From: Gemmataceae bacterium
GTDB taxonomy: Bacteria > Planctomycetota > Planctomycetia > Gemmatales > Gemmataceae
DNA: 64,000 nucleotides
Assembly (NCBI GenBank): GCA_036783645.1
Contig: DAIPWT010000009.1
Span: forward strand, 9,118 to 73,117
Direction: 5' to 3'
Shown here: positions 1-8,473 of the stretch, in pieces
Position numbering within the stretch: position 1 is the first letter of the stretch
How the letters are laid out: each line of letters begins with the position of its first letter
Notes under the pieces: model-generated
Database searches by the model: none
What the model was told of the DNA's origin: nothing
What the model saw: the letters and a program-made list of their open reading frames with translations, nothing else
Translations under genes and position numbers: made by a program

Positions 1-384
1 AAGAGACCCTCCCCGGCTTCCGTCCCCACCGAGGCCGCGATCAACCTACCTCCCGTCCAACCAGCGCGTCCGACGAGCGAGGCCGGCCCACAGCGGCAAG
101 CGGGAGCCAAACCGCGATCTAAGCAGAAACCTCGTTCTCAACTCGCGCCGGCGCCCGTGAGACCGCCGTCCGGCGCGGCGATTCCGGTCATCGACGTGGA
201 ACTGGCGCCGACGGCGGCGCCTCAACCGTTGTTCGGATTACCGCTGACGCGCCGCGATTTTGTCGTGTTCGGCATCGGCGCCGGCGCCGGCGCGCTGGCC
301 ACGTTCCTCGGCTGCATGGTCGCCCTACTCGGTAGGCGCTCGCCGCCGCCGCCAACGCCGCCGGAGGATAAGAAGGAGAATTGA
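1..384 (+). CDS. 3' end of a larger ORF entering from upstream; Pro/Ala-rich linker plus one C-terminal transmembrane helix
   Basis: Frame 1 is open from base 1 to TGA at 382-384. Hydrophobic stretch FVVFGIGAGAGALATFLGCMVALLG is followed by a PPPPTPP tail. No catalytic motif seen. Confidence 0.4.
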   Translation, partial: KRPSPASVPTEAAINLPPVQPARPTSEAGPQRQAGAKPRSKQKPRSQLAPAPVRPPSGAAIPVIDVELAPTAAPQPLFGLPLTRRDFVVFGIGAGAGALATFLGCMVALLGRRSPPPPTPPEDKKEN

Positions 385-408
385 AGTTAGGGGTCTGTGT
401 TTGTAGTC

Positions 409-468
409 ATATAGGACTTATAGGACTTATAGGACCCATTGGTCCTATAAGTCCTATTGGTCCTATGG
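409..468. repeat. A/T-rich palindromic array of 9-bp units (CYTATARG cores), copy 1
   Basis: TATAGGACTTATAGGACTTATAGGACCCATTGGTCCTATAAGTCCTATTGGTCCTATGG. Six 9-nt units; the left half is the reverse complement of the right half. Lies between two convergent genes. Confidence 0.85.
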
Positions 469-517
469 AGAGTCTCGCTTACGCTCGACTCACTTTCCAA
501 CGCTTTCTGGAACAGGT

Positions 518-1210
518 TTACTTATCGCTCTTCGGCTTTTCCGGGGCGGCGCCAGGACGAGGACCACGCTGCGGCGCGGGGAACTCAAACTTCTCGCCGT
601 TCAGCTCTTTCCATTCCTTCTTCTGGTCGTCGGTCAGGCTGTTGACGGTCTTCTCCATCGCTTCCTTCTGCATGGCCTGAATCTTCGTGAAGATTTCGCC
701 CATCTTGGTACGATCACCGCCGGCGGCTGTGAACATTTCCTGAGCGTCCTTGGCCATCTCCTCCGTAGAGTCTTTAATGCTCTTTTTCTGCGCGTCGGTC
801 AGCTTCAGCGAGGTCTGAACGTCTTCTTTGCTCAATGCGCGCAAGCCGCCGGCTTGCACTTCCAGCTGCTTGAGACGCTTGACCTGATCGGCCTTGAGGA
901 CGGTGGGAACGGCCTTTTCGATCTCTTCCGTTTCCGCTTTCCGCAGCTCGGCCCCTTTCTCACGGTTCATGTCGGCCCGGGCTTTGGCGATGTCTTCTTT
1001 GTACTTGTCGGTGATCTTCGTGATCTGGGCCTTCTGGTCGTCGGTGAGCTTCAACTCTTCCTGGACCTTCTCCATGCCCAGGAGCTGGGCGGCGCCCGGC
1101 GCCGGAAAACCGCCGCCGGGACGGCCGCCCGGTCGCGGCTGGGCGAAAGCAGGGGAAGCCGCCAACAGGACCAGGCCGACGGTTACAATCTTGGTGCAGA
1201 CGTTACGCAT
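518..1210 (-). CDS. secreted LTXXQ-motif (Spy/CpxP-like) periplasmic protein
   Basis: Internal ATG at 1208-1210 gives signal peptide MRNVCTKIVTVGLVLLAASPAFA. Three LTD(D/A)QK helices; Lys/Glu-rich helical composition. Confidence 0.65.
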   Translation of the reverse strand: MRNVCTKIVTVGLVLLAASPAFAQPRPGGRPGGGFPAPGAAQLLGMEKVQEELKLTDDQKAQITKITDKYKEDIAKARADMNREKGAELRKAETEEIEKAVPTVLKADQVKRLKQLEVQAGGLRALSKEDVQTSLKLTDAQKKSIKDSTEEMAKDAQEMFTAAGGDRTKMGEIFTKIQAMQKEAMEKTVNSLTDDQKKEWKELNGEKFEFPAPQRGPRPGAAPEKPKSDK

Positions 1211-1327
1211 TGTCAGACTCCTCCTCGTAGGGTACGGGATCAGGGTGCGAGTACGGTAGATAGAAACCCCGATATTGTATAGAGGACTCGCGCCGCGGCC
1301 TGTTTTTTCCAACTAAGGAGACGGAGC

Positions 1328-1747
1328 ATGGTGCGGATTACGGAGACGTTGTCGATTCCTGACGAGGAGTTGTCGTGGAGTTACGCGCGTTCAAGCGGTC
1401 CCGGCGGGCAGAACGTCAATAAGGTGTCGTCCAAGGCGGTGCTGCGTTGGGACGTGGGCGCCAGCCCGAGCGTGGCGGATGACGTGAAGGCCAGGCTGCG
1501 GGCGCAACAGCGTCGGCGGATCACGACCGAGGGCGAGTTGGTGTTGTCGTCGCAGCGTTTCCGCGATCAGGAGCGCAATCGCCAGGACTGCCTGGAAAAG
1601 CTGTGCGAGATGGTGCGGACGGCGACGTTGGCGCCAAAAGCGCGCAAGAAAAAAAGGCCGACGCGGGCGTCGAAGGAACGCCGGCTGGCGGAGAAACGGC
1701 ATCGGTCGGCGGCGAAATCGACGCGGCGGAAGCCGACGGGAGAGTGA
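1328..1747 (+). CDS. arfB: alternative ribosome-rescue factor ArfB (peptidyl-tRNA hydrolase, GGQ domain plus basic tail)
   Basis: SSGPGGQNVNKVSSKAVLRWD GGQ motif, about 140 aa, Arg/Lys-rich C-terminal tail, GGAG RBS upstream. Confidence 0.9.
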   Translation: MVRITETLSIPDEELSWSYARSSGPGGQNVNKVSSKAVLRWDVGASPSVADDVKARLRAQQRRRITTEGELVLSSQRFRDQERNRQDCLEKLCEMVRTATLAPKARKKKRPTRASKERRLAEKRHRSAAKSTRRKPTGE

Positions 1748-1917
1748 CGGCGAGCGGCGGGGTTTATCCCCGCCGTCCGGCCCGCCGGGATGAACCCGGC
1801 GGCTCGCCAATCTCAGATCCGGTTGCCCCGACGCGAGTCGTAACCTACCGTGTCAATAGAGGGTCAGTGCGCCAAACGCGCGCCCCGCAACCGGCCCTCC
1901 TACCGACGTGACCCGCC

Positions 1918-2835
1918 ATGAGCCGTCTCAAAAAGTTCACGAAATCGGCCCTCTGCGCCGCCTACCTCTACTCCGGCGCCGCCCACGCCCAAGAGTGGTT
2001 GCAACGCCGCGCCGGCCGTCAGTTCATGACGATCCTTCTGTTCCACCGCGTCACGGACCAGATCCCCGAGGACGGACTGACCGTCTCCACCGCACGCTTT
2101 CGCGCCCTTTGCGCCATGCTCCGCCGGCGCTTTCGCGTCGTGCCGTTGGCCGAGGTTTTTGACGTACTCCGCTCCGGCCGGCCCATGCCGCCGCGCACCG
2201 TGGCCGTCACCTTCGACGACTGCTACCGCGACAACCTCTTCGCCGCCCGCGTCCTCGCCGAATATGGATTGCCCGCCTCCTTCTTTGTTCCCACCGCATT
2301 CGTCGGCACGGATCATATCTTCCCGTGGGACCACCACCTGCCGCGCATGGCCAACCTGACTTGGGACGAGGTGCGCGAGATGGCCGACATGGGCCACGAG
2401 ATCGGCTCGCACACCGTCAACCACGCCAACCTGGGAACCGCCTCTTACGAGGAGGCGCGGACGGAGTTGTTCGAGTCGAAGGCCGTCCTGGAAAAGCAAC
2501 TCGGCCGGAAGGTGAGCTGGTTCGCCTACCGCTTTGGGGGGAGAGAGGATCTCCGACCCGAAGCGGCCGCGCTGGTGGAAGAGGCGGGCTATGAGGGTTG
2601 TCTGTCGGGCTACGGCGGCTTCGTCTACCCCGGCGCCGACGGCCGCATCCTGCCGCGCGACTCGTCGCCCGTCTACCAGGGGCTGCTTAACGTGCAGCTG
2701 CACCTACGCGGCTGTCTCCAGTGGTTTTACACCATGAAACGCGGCCTCGGCCTGCCGGACGGACTCGAAAACCGGGTCGGCGAGCGACTGCCGGCGCTCC
2801 AGATGGACAGCGGCGTGATTTCGCTTCCGCACTGA
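1918..2835 (+). CDS. polysaccharide deacetylase (NodB homology domain)
   Basis: VAVTFDDCYRDN (TFDD motif) and GSHTVNHANL (HxxxH-type motif). Size typical of the family. Confidence 0.85.
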   Translation: MSRLKKFTKSALCAAYLYSGAAHAQEWLQRRAGRQFMTILLFHRVTDQIPEDGLTVSTARFRALCAMLRRRFRVVPLAEVFDVLRSGRPMPPRTVAVTFDDCYRDNLFAARVLAEYGLPASFFVPTAFVGTDHIFPWDHHLPRMANLTWDEVREMADMGHEIGSHTVNHANLGTASYEEARTELFESKAVLEKQLGRKVSWFAYRFGGREDLRPEAAALVEEAGYEGCLSGYGGFVYPGADGRILPRDSSPVYQGLLNVQLHLRGCLQWFYTMKRGLGLPDGLENRVGERLPALQMDSGVISLPH

Positions 2836-2845
2836 GCGCGGGGTC

Positions 2846-2908
2846 GTTTAGCCGCGACCCGAAGGGGAGCGCTCTTCGCCCGCGCTCCCCTTCGGGTCGC
2901 GGCTAAAC
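2846..2908. repeat. GC-rich REP-like palindrome, family GTTTAGCCGCGACCCGAAGGGGAGCGC (probable terminator between convergent genes)
   Basis: Near-perfect inverted repeat GTTTAGCCGCGACCCGAAGGGGAGCGC...GCGCTCCCCTTCGGGTCGCGGCTAAAC. The same element recurs at 15789-15851, with a half copy at 56201-56229. Confidence 0.8.
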
Positions 2909-4113
2909 AATTTTCTCCGCAGCACCCGCACACCGTCGAAGCAGCGTTCCATCAACCGGCGCGCCTTTTCACGCGGCCCACCGCGATGGGCGCGCAGCTG
3001 AATCAACGACCGCGAAGCCGACGCCATTTGCAGCTTATACGGAGCTTCATCGGCCAGAAAATCGAACTCGCGGCGCCCGGCCTCGATGGCAGCGCGAACC
3101 GCATACGCCAGGATCACGCCGCCCGGACGGACGCTATTGGGTACATTTACGCTCCGTCCCGTCTGATAAGTAATCGTTTTGTCGCCCCACGTCATGCCGT
3201 ACAGGGCCGCGACCGGCTCGCCGCGCACGGTCAGCTGGTGCAGTTCCAGCGCGCCGCGTTCCAGCAATGTCCGCAGGATCGCATCGTGAAACTGTAAAAA
3301 ATTCGGCGAGTGGAAGACGCCGGATTGCCCGTCTCCTTCCCAGCGCGCGTGATGCAAATCGATCAGAACGCGCGTCGCCTTCTCCAGCTCGGCCGCGTCG
3401 GTCACGCGCTCCAGGCGCGCCGCGCTGTCCGCCCACTCCTCGAAAGCGCGGAGGGATCGCGTCACCTGGCGGCGATGAGTGCATGACAGACTTTTGAGAT
3501 AGTCTTCCCATGTCTTAGGTAGAGAAATGTACGGGGCGCGGGCCGTTTCGGTCGTCTCGACGGTCAAGCCGGCTTCGCGGAATGCGGCCGTAAGCAGGGC
3601 GGGCATGGGGCCGTCGCCGTCCATCATCGGCAACACGGCTTCGTCCCATGCTCCTAACGTCCCGTCCGTCAGCGCGACGACCAACCGCCGCGCCACCGCT
3701 TCCTCGGCGCCGCGCTCCGCGATCACATTGAGATGATTGGAACAAACGCCGTGGCCTTCGCGCTCGCCCGACGCCAGGAACTCCAGGCGGCGAAACGGCA
3801 CGACGCCGCGATACCAGTGCCGGCGAAGCGACAGCGGCGCCAATCCGACGAGCCGGCCCGAGTCGCGGAACAGGGCGATGCGCAGCTGCCGGCCTTGTTG
3901 CGACCCGTAGACTCGCTGCCATGTCAGCAGCCATTCCGGCGACAGCGTCAGCTCGTTGCGCTCGCTCCGCTCCAGCAGTTCGGTCCACTCCGGCCGCAGC
4001 TGTTCGGCCTCGGCCGCTGTGGTTGCCAGCACGCAGGTGAACGCGTGGGACGGCGTCAATGGTCGTCCGCCGGCCGGTGCTTGCCGGCACGGAGGCGGCT
4101 CAAAGAGTTCCAT
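2848..4113 (-). CDS. GNAT-family acetyltransferase of the CelD/BioF2-like (FemAB-like) type
   Basis: About 420 aa. C-terminal RGEPVAALYGMTWGDKTITYQTGRS...GGVILAYAVRAAIEAGRREFDFL resembles the Acetyltransf_6 core. The 3' end runs into the REP hairpin; the true start may be an internal GTG. Confidence 0.65.
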   Translation of the reverse strand: MELFEPPPCRQAPAGGRPLTPSHAFTCVLATTAAEAEQLRPEWTELLERSERNELTLSPEWLLTWQRVYGSQQGRQLRIALFRDSGRLVGLAPLSLRRHWYRGVVPFRRLEFLASGEREGHGVCSNHLNVIAERGAEEAVARRLVVALTDGTLGAWDEAVLPMMDGDGPMPALLTAAFREAGLTVETTETARAPYISLPKTWEDYLKSLSCTHRRQVTRSLRAFEEWADSAARLERVTDAAELEKATRVLIDLHHARWEGDGQSGVFHSPNFLQFHDAILRTLLERGALELHQLTVRGEPVAALYGMTWGDKTITYQTGRSVNVPNSVRPGGVILAYAVRAAIEAGRREFDFLADEAPYKLQMASASRSLIQLRAHRGGPREKARRLMERCFDGVRVLRRKLFSRDPKGSAGEERSPSGRG

Positions 4114-4487
4114 AGACGATAACTCTGATATTTGAAGAAGTCGCGCACGGGGGATCGGCCGAACGGCGTCGGTGTGCGGCCGCGCCGGCGCAGACTGTTG
4201 TTGACCACGTAGACGGCGCCGCGCCGCTTCGTCTCGGCCGTTTCAAACGTGAGGGCGAACGAGATTGTCACCGCGTTGTCAGTCGTCACCCAATGCGGAT
4301 GGTTGACCGGGATGTGAACGCCGTCGCCCGGATTCATCGTAAACGGGACCGCCCTGGCTTTCGCTTCCTCTGCGAATGGCAGCGAATCATGGAGGCCAGA
4401 GTAGAACAGCTCGATGTTTTCCTCCGACAGGATCGAACGGTCGAAGGAGATACGGCGGCGAGGGTTTGAATCATCGTCGGCCTGGCG
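4056..4487 (-). pseudogene. cupin/JmjC-like domain fragment (N-terminally truncated)
   Basis: PGDGVHIPVNHPHWV cupin-like strand motif. The frame stays open upstream of the ATG at 4337 to a stop at 4488-4490, with no ATG and only about 140 codons. Overlaps the next gene by 58 nt. Confidence 0.35.
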
Positions 4488-4600
4488 TTAGGGGGGTGAA
4501 TCGCATCCGCTGCGAGAAGGCGCCGCTATGGAGTGCGGCGCGCTGGTTCCTACGCAAGTATAGGTTAGAAAAAAAGCAACAGGCGAGCCGCTGGATTTAT

Positions 4601-4698
4601 GCAAGCGTTGGCGAGCCGGGGGCGTAAGCCCCCGGATTCTGTTTCCGTTGCAGCAGACAGAATCCGGGGGCTTACGCCCCCGGCTCGCCAACGCTTGC
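4601..4698. repeat. 98-bp nested palindrome at the left edge of the phage-like cluster
   Basis: GCAAGCGTTGGCGAGCCGGGGGCGTAAGCCCCCGGATTCTGT ... ACAGAATCCGGGGGCTTACGCCCCCGGCTCGCCAACGCTTGC. The right arm encodes the last codons of the 4672-5157 gene. Confidence 0.85.
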
Positions 4699-5157
4699 CG
4701 GCCGTAGGCCGTTCAACACGCCAACCACCTCCGCGCGGGCGTCCGGATACCGCTCCAGCGCTCGCAGCAAGGTGCGGAGCAAATCCTGTACGCCGGGATC
4801 GAGCAAGGGCGACGTCGGCTTGTCAGCGCCGCCGCGCGGCTTGGCGAGCGCCGACCAACCGGGTTTGGCCGCCGTCTCTTTACCGGGGCCAGCCTTGAGC
4901 CAGTCCACCGGCTTGCCTTTCAGCGCGGCGACCTCCGCACCGAGCCGCGCCTGCGCCTCGGCCTGACGCACCGCCACGGCGAAGAGACGGTATTTCAGGA
5001 TCTGCCGTTTGCCATCGCCCTTGCGCATCCATTCCTCGAAGTCCTCGCGCGAGACGCCGGCGGCCTCGGCGGCGACGTGCGCGAAACCGCCGGCGCGGAC
5101 GTAGGCAAGGATGGTCGTTTCGACGGCGGGCGTCAGTAGAGGACGTTTCTGAGCCAT
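4672..5157 (-). CDS. small HTH protein resembling phage terminase small subunits
   Basis: N-terminus LLTPAVETTILAYVRAGGFAHVAAEAAGVSREDFEEWMRKG...YRLFAVAVRQAEAQA fits the TerS-like homeodomain pattern. Last gene of the phage-like operon. Confidence 0.5.
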   Translation of the reverse strand: MAQKRPLLTPAVETTILAYVRAGGFAHVAAEAAGVSREDFEEWMRKGDGKRQILKYRLFAVAVRQAEAQARLGAEVAALKGKPVDWLKAGPGKETAAKPGWSALAKPRGGADKPTSPLLDPGVQDLLRTLLRALERYPDARAEVVGVLNGLRPASVGEPGA

Positions 5158-5174
5158 AAGAAGAGGTCCATTTC

Positions 5175-5224
5175 ATAGGTCCTATAGGACTTATAGGTCC
5201 TATAGGACCTATAAGTCCTACAGG
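5175..5224. repeat. A/T-rich palindromic array of 9-bp units, copy 2
   Basis: ATAGGTCCTATAGGACTTATAGGTCCTATAGGACCTATAAGTCCTACAGG, in the intergenic gap between the ABC-GNAT gene and the HTH gene. Confidence 0.85.
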
Positions 5225-5228
5225 ATTG

Positions 5229-6356
5229 TCAGCCGCTCAACAAAGCGCAAGCCTGGTATCGAGGCAGAGCGGGGCCGACATACTCAAAGCCGGCCGTGAG
5301 CCGATTGGTCGCATGTTTGAGGCCGCGCCGTCCACGTTCGCCGCGCGAGACGAGGCTCGGCGACCGCCGCAGTCGCCAGAGCGATGAACGCAGACGAGCG
5401 CGGATCATGGCCGGGTGCGTGGTGGTGGACACGGCACGGCAGCCCAGGCCGCGCCACAATGACGCGACCAGGGCCGAGAGCGCATTACCCACGCCGACGC
5501 CTTGATAATCCGGCAAGCAAACCGTCCGGTGTTCGCGCCGCGTCGGCGGGCCGGCGCCAGGGAACGGCAGCCACGCACTGAAGGCGACCGGCCGTTCGTC
5601 CCACGATGCCAGGAAGCAGACGGCCGAGCGCGCCAGTTCGCCGCTCAGGTAGTGATGCGGAGCGAACAGCGGCCACGCCGATGTCTGGCAACGAACGATT
5701 TCGAGGCGGACGTGGGGCCGTCGCCGAAGCAACCTCCATTCAAACCGACCCTCGGCGGGTTGATAAACCCAATCCGGTTGCAGCCACGGAATCACGTCGT
5801 CATGGCAAGTCACGGCGACGAAGCGCAGGCCGTTGGCACGGACGGCCCGCGCCGCCGCGGCGCTGCCGATTTGCGCCACAGTGCGGTCCACGACGCTGGT
5901 GTATTCATCCAGGACAACGAGCGCCGGTTTAGCTGAGGAGAGCGCTTCGGCGAGGAGGCGGGCAAGCGTGACGCGAAATTGTTGGCCGGTGGACAGGACA
6001 TGGAACGGCCGCAGCCATGCCGGGGGCGACGAAAAGCCGACCGCCGATAGCAGACTCGTCACGTCTTTGATCGAAGTGCCATCAGGAAAGGCGTCGAGGA
6101 GGGCGCGATCATGCGGCCAGGAGAGGGCGGCGGAGTGCAAGGTCTCGCGCGGCCAGAACCAGCGGGCGAGCGTGGACTTGCCGCAGCCGGACGGCCCGGT
6201 GATGAGGCCGACGTTCCACGGCCGATCCTCAATCGGCAGGGTCGCGGCCCACTGAAGGCGCGACGTTTTCTCAGGCGCCAGGTCGAACAGCCCGCGCACT
6301 TGCTGGACGCGCGGCGATTCGACGACGAGCGACTCGACGGTGACGACGGCTTGCAT
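5229..6356 (-). CDS. soluble ABC-type ATPase fused to a C-terminal GNAT-like acetyltransferase domain
   Basis: Walker A GPSGCGKST, ABC signature LSTGQQ, Walker B LVVLDEYTSVVD, H-loop VTCHDD. C-terminal CLPDYQGVGVGNALSALV fits the GNAT motif A (QxxGxG). Start moved to ATG 6354-6356 because the longer ORF reads through the hairpin. Confidence 0.7.
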   Translation of the reverse strand: MQAVVTVESLVVESPRVQQVRGLFDLAPEKTSRLQWAATLPIEDRPWNVGLITGPSGCGKSTLARWFWPRETLHSAALSWPHDRALLDAFPDGTSIKDVTSLLSAVGFSSPPAWLRPFHVLSTGQQFRVTLARLLAEALSSAKPALVVLDEYTSVVDRTVAQIGSAAAARAVRANGLRFVAVTCHDDVIPWLQPDWVYQPAEGRFEWRLLRRRPHVRLEIVRCQTSAWPLFAPHHYLSGELARSAVCFLASWDERPVAFSAWLPFPGAGPPTRREHRTVCLPDYQGVGVGNALSALVASLWRGLGCRAVSTTTHPAMIRARLRSSLWRLRRSPSLVSRGERGRRGLKHATNRLTAGFEYVGPALPRYQACALLSG

Positions 6357-6376
6357 AGTGCAATCTCCAAAAGATT

Positions 6377-6473
6377 CACCACAAAGACACAAAGAACACA
6401 AAGGATGACAAATTGAATAAATACTTAATGCCTATCTTTTGTCTTCCTTTGTGTTCTTTGTGTCTTTGTGGTG
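6377..6473. repeat. hairpin with arms made of three CACAAAG units and an A/T-rich loop
   Basis: CACCACAAAGACACAAAGAACACAAAGG ... CCTTTGTGTTCTTTGTGTCTTTGTGGTG. Unit spacing is 8 then 9 nt. Lies between the ParB-like and ABC-GNAT genes. Confidence 0.85.
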
Positions 6474-6483
6474 AATCCGTTTT

Positions 6484-7053
6484 TCAGCTCAACAGCGCCC
6501 GGCACTTCAGCCCTTCCGTCTGGAAGCGTTGCAGCAAGGCGATTTGTTCCTCTTCATCGGCGCATTCAATCAGGACGAGGTATTGTTCCGCCGGGTCCGG
6601 CGCCGCCTTGCGCCCCGCTCCGGCCAGCGTCTTTTCGACCGCCGCGCCCGCCGACGCGATGGACCGCCACAGATTCACCAGCACGTCGGAATCCGCGTCG
6701 GTCACGCGGCGCAGCGCGTCGAGCTTTTGAGCGTCGTAGTCGGCAAGGGCGGCGAGCGGGTCGATGGACAGCAACAGCGCGCGGGCCTCGCCGTCGTCCA
6801 CGTCCAACACTTCCACGTCCACTTCCATATCGGGTCGCATCGACTGGCGCAGGTGGCCGTCGATCAGCTTGAGTCGGCCGTCGGGAAGCTCGTAGGCCAG
6901 CAGACTCCGGGCGAAGCCTACTTCCTCGTATAAGGCGGCCAGGGCGGCGCGCTGGGCCTCGGAGTGCAAGCGCGGGTTCAGCTCATGCGGCACGAGGTCG
7001 CCGGCGCGGACGCGGCGATGGCCCTTGATGCGGTTGCGCGGCGAAGCGGTCAT
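6484..7053 (-). CDS. ParB-like nuclease (ParB/Srx N-terminal) domain protein
   Basis: LVPHELNPRLHSEAQ...LKLIDGHLR resembles the ParB N-terminal box (the usual DGHHR appears here as DGHLR). About 190 aa. Confidence 0.65.
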   Translation of the reverse strand: MTASPRNRIKGHRRVRAGDLVPHELNPRLHSEAQRAALAALYEEVGFARSLLAYELPDGRLKLIDGHLRQSMRPDMEVDVEVLDVDDGEARALLLSIDPLAALADYDAQKLDALRRVTDADSDVLVNLWRSIASAGAAVEKTLAGAGRKAAPDPAEQYLVLIECADEEEQIALLQRFQTEGLKCRALLS

Positions 7054-7069
7054 GGTAGAGTCTCTTATA

Positions 7070-7161
7070 AGGGTCTGACCGCAAAGGGCGGGGAAACCCC
7101 GCTCCTACGGCGATTTTCTTGGGTAGGGGCGGGGTTTCCCCGCCCTTTGCGGTCAGACCCT
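7070..7161. repeat. GC-rich 92-bp palindrome inside the phage-like operon
   Basis: AGGGTCTGACCGCAAAGGGCGGGGAAACCCCGC ... GCGGGGTTTCCCCGCCCTTTGCGGTCAGACCCT. Confidence 0.85.
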
Positions 7162-7516
7162 AAACATCGTTACTCGGCCACGTCAGGTTGATGCGCTGTA
7201 GGTAGACGATTTTGTGATCCACCGCCGTGCCGCGGCCCACGCGGGCCACGGCCTGCACCTGAAACCTCGTCCCCGATTGGTTCGACACGTACACGGCGGA
7301 GCCGCCTGGCACACCGCTATAACCGTCGCGGACGTCCACCGTCGTCTCGACGCGCAGGATGTGCGTGTAGGTGAAAATGGGATTAATCGCAGGCTTGAGG
7401 TTGCGGAAATCCTCTTCCAGATAGCCCGTCGCGCCCGGCACGTCCGGCGGCGCCGGCGGCAGATTCTGCCCATGATAGATGTCACAAGTAATGTTGGCGG
7501 GCATCGGCAGGCTCAT
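7160..7516 (-). CDS. small phage head-completion (head-closure/adaptor-like) protein
   Basis: 118 aa, immediately after the connector-like gene (4-nt gap). Assignment rests on size, beta-rich composition and position only. Confidence 0.4.
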   Translation of the reverse strand: MSLPMPANITCDIYHGQNLPPAPPDVPGATGYLEEDFRNLKPAINPIFTYTHILRVETTVDVRDGYSGVPGGSAVYVSNQSGTRFQVQAVARVGRGTAVDHKIVYLQRINLTWPSNDV

Positions 7517-7519
7517 GGC

Positions 7520-8473
7520 TTACCCCTGATTCGTGGCGACAGTGTGACGACGGTACGGCGCCAACAGCGGCCGGATCACCGGCGGCGGTTGATGGTCGCC
7601 GGCGGCTTGCATCCACGTTTGAGCGGCCGCGCCAGACACCGCCTGATGAGACAAAGAAGGATCGCGCTGGGTTAGGTCGTAGTTCATCGCCACCCAGAGG
7701 GCGCACGCCTGTTGCACGGCTTCCGGCACGGTCGTATAGCCGGCCGTGTACTGCACACGGAAGTTGTGGATTCCCACTGGCCAGATCAGGTCTTCGGGAT
7801 GCAGCAATTCCGGATCGGAATAGGGGATGGCGCGGAGCAGCCAGCCGCGCGCGTCCCACTGATAGCCGGCCAGCTCGTAAGTGTGCAGCTTCAACTCGGC
7901 GTTCTGTCGCATGGCCGTGAGGGCGCCCTGCGATTGCACGCCGTCGCCGTAGCTGCTGGGCACATACAAGTCGGCGCTCGGCCATTGGCCGTAATCTCCC
8001 GTGACATCGCCGACGACTTGCGCGGTCCAACCGCGGCCGACGGCGGCGACCGCGCTGGCCAACGCGGTCAACGTCGGACACGCCGCCCACGTCAGGCTGG
8101 CCGTGGTGATCGTCTTCACGCCGGCCGCGACCTCGACCAGCTGAAGGCCGGTCGCCGTCACTTGGACGCGGCTCTGCTGGGTCGCCTGGCTGACGCTGTT
8201 ATTGACGACTTTGAGGACCGTCACAGGGCGGTAACGGACGCTATCCACCGACTGAACAGGGTATTCGCGCAGGATCAGCCGGGGATCACCCGTGCCGTTG
8301 TAAAGCTCGTCGCGTGCGATGCTGACGAAGCGGCGCCGGCAATACTTTTCGATGGCGTCGGAACAGGCCGTGACGAGCGTTTGTAGGATCGCGTTTGTCG
8401 TCGTATTGTCGGCGTAATACTGCATGGCCTGCACGGCGCGGCCGCTGGTGATGAGGTCTTTGGGGTTAGCCAC
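7520..8473 (-). CDS. phage gp6-like head-tail connector domain protein with a roughly 200-aa C-terminal extension
   Basis: N-terminus ...NAILQTLVTACSDAIEKYCRRRFVSIARDELYNGTGDPRLILREYPVQSVDSV matches the gp6-like pattern. Start overlaps the GT2 stop by 8 nt. Confidence 0.5.
   Translation of the reverse strand: MANPKDLITSGRAVQAMQYYADNTTTNAILQTLVTACSDAIEKYCRRRFVSIARDELYNGTGDPRLILREYPVQSVDSVRYRPVTVLKVVNNSVSQATQQSRVQVTATGLQLVEVAAGVKTITTASLTWAACPTLTALASAVAAVGRGWTAQVVGDVTGDYGQWPSADLYVPSSYGDGVQSQGALTAMRQNAELKLHTYELAGYQWDARGWLLRAIPYSDPELLHPEDLIWPVGIHNFRVQYTAGYTTVPEAVQQACALWVAMNYDLTQRDPSLSHQAVSGAAAQTWMQAAGDHQPPPVIRPLLAPYRRHTVATNQG

Noticed and set aside
409-468. Possibility that the 9-bp arrays are CRISPR arrays
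   Set aside because: The units are contiguous with no spacers, are only 9 nt long and occur in both orientations. No cas genes are in the window.
381-680. ORF translating to IGLIGLIGPIGPISPIGP
   Set aside because: The tripeptide repeats are simply the 9-bp DNA array read in frame. The rest is antisense to the LTXXQ protein gene.
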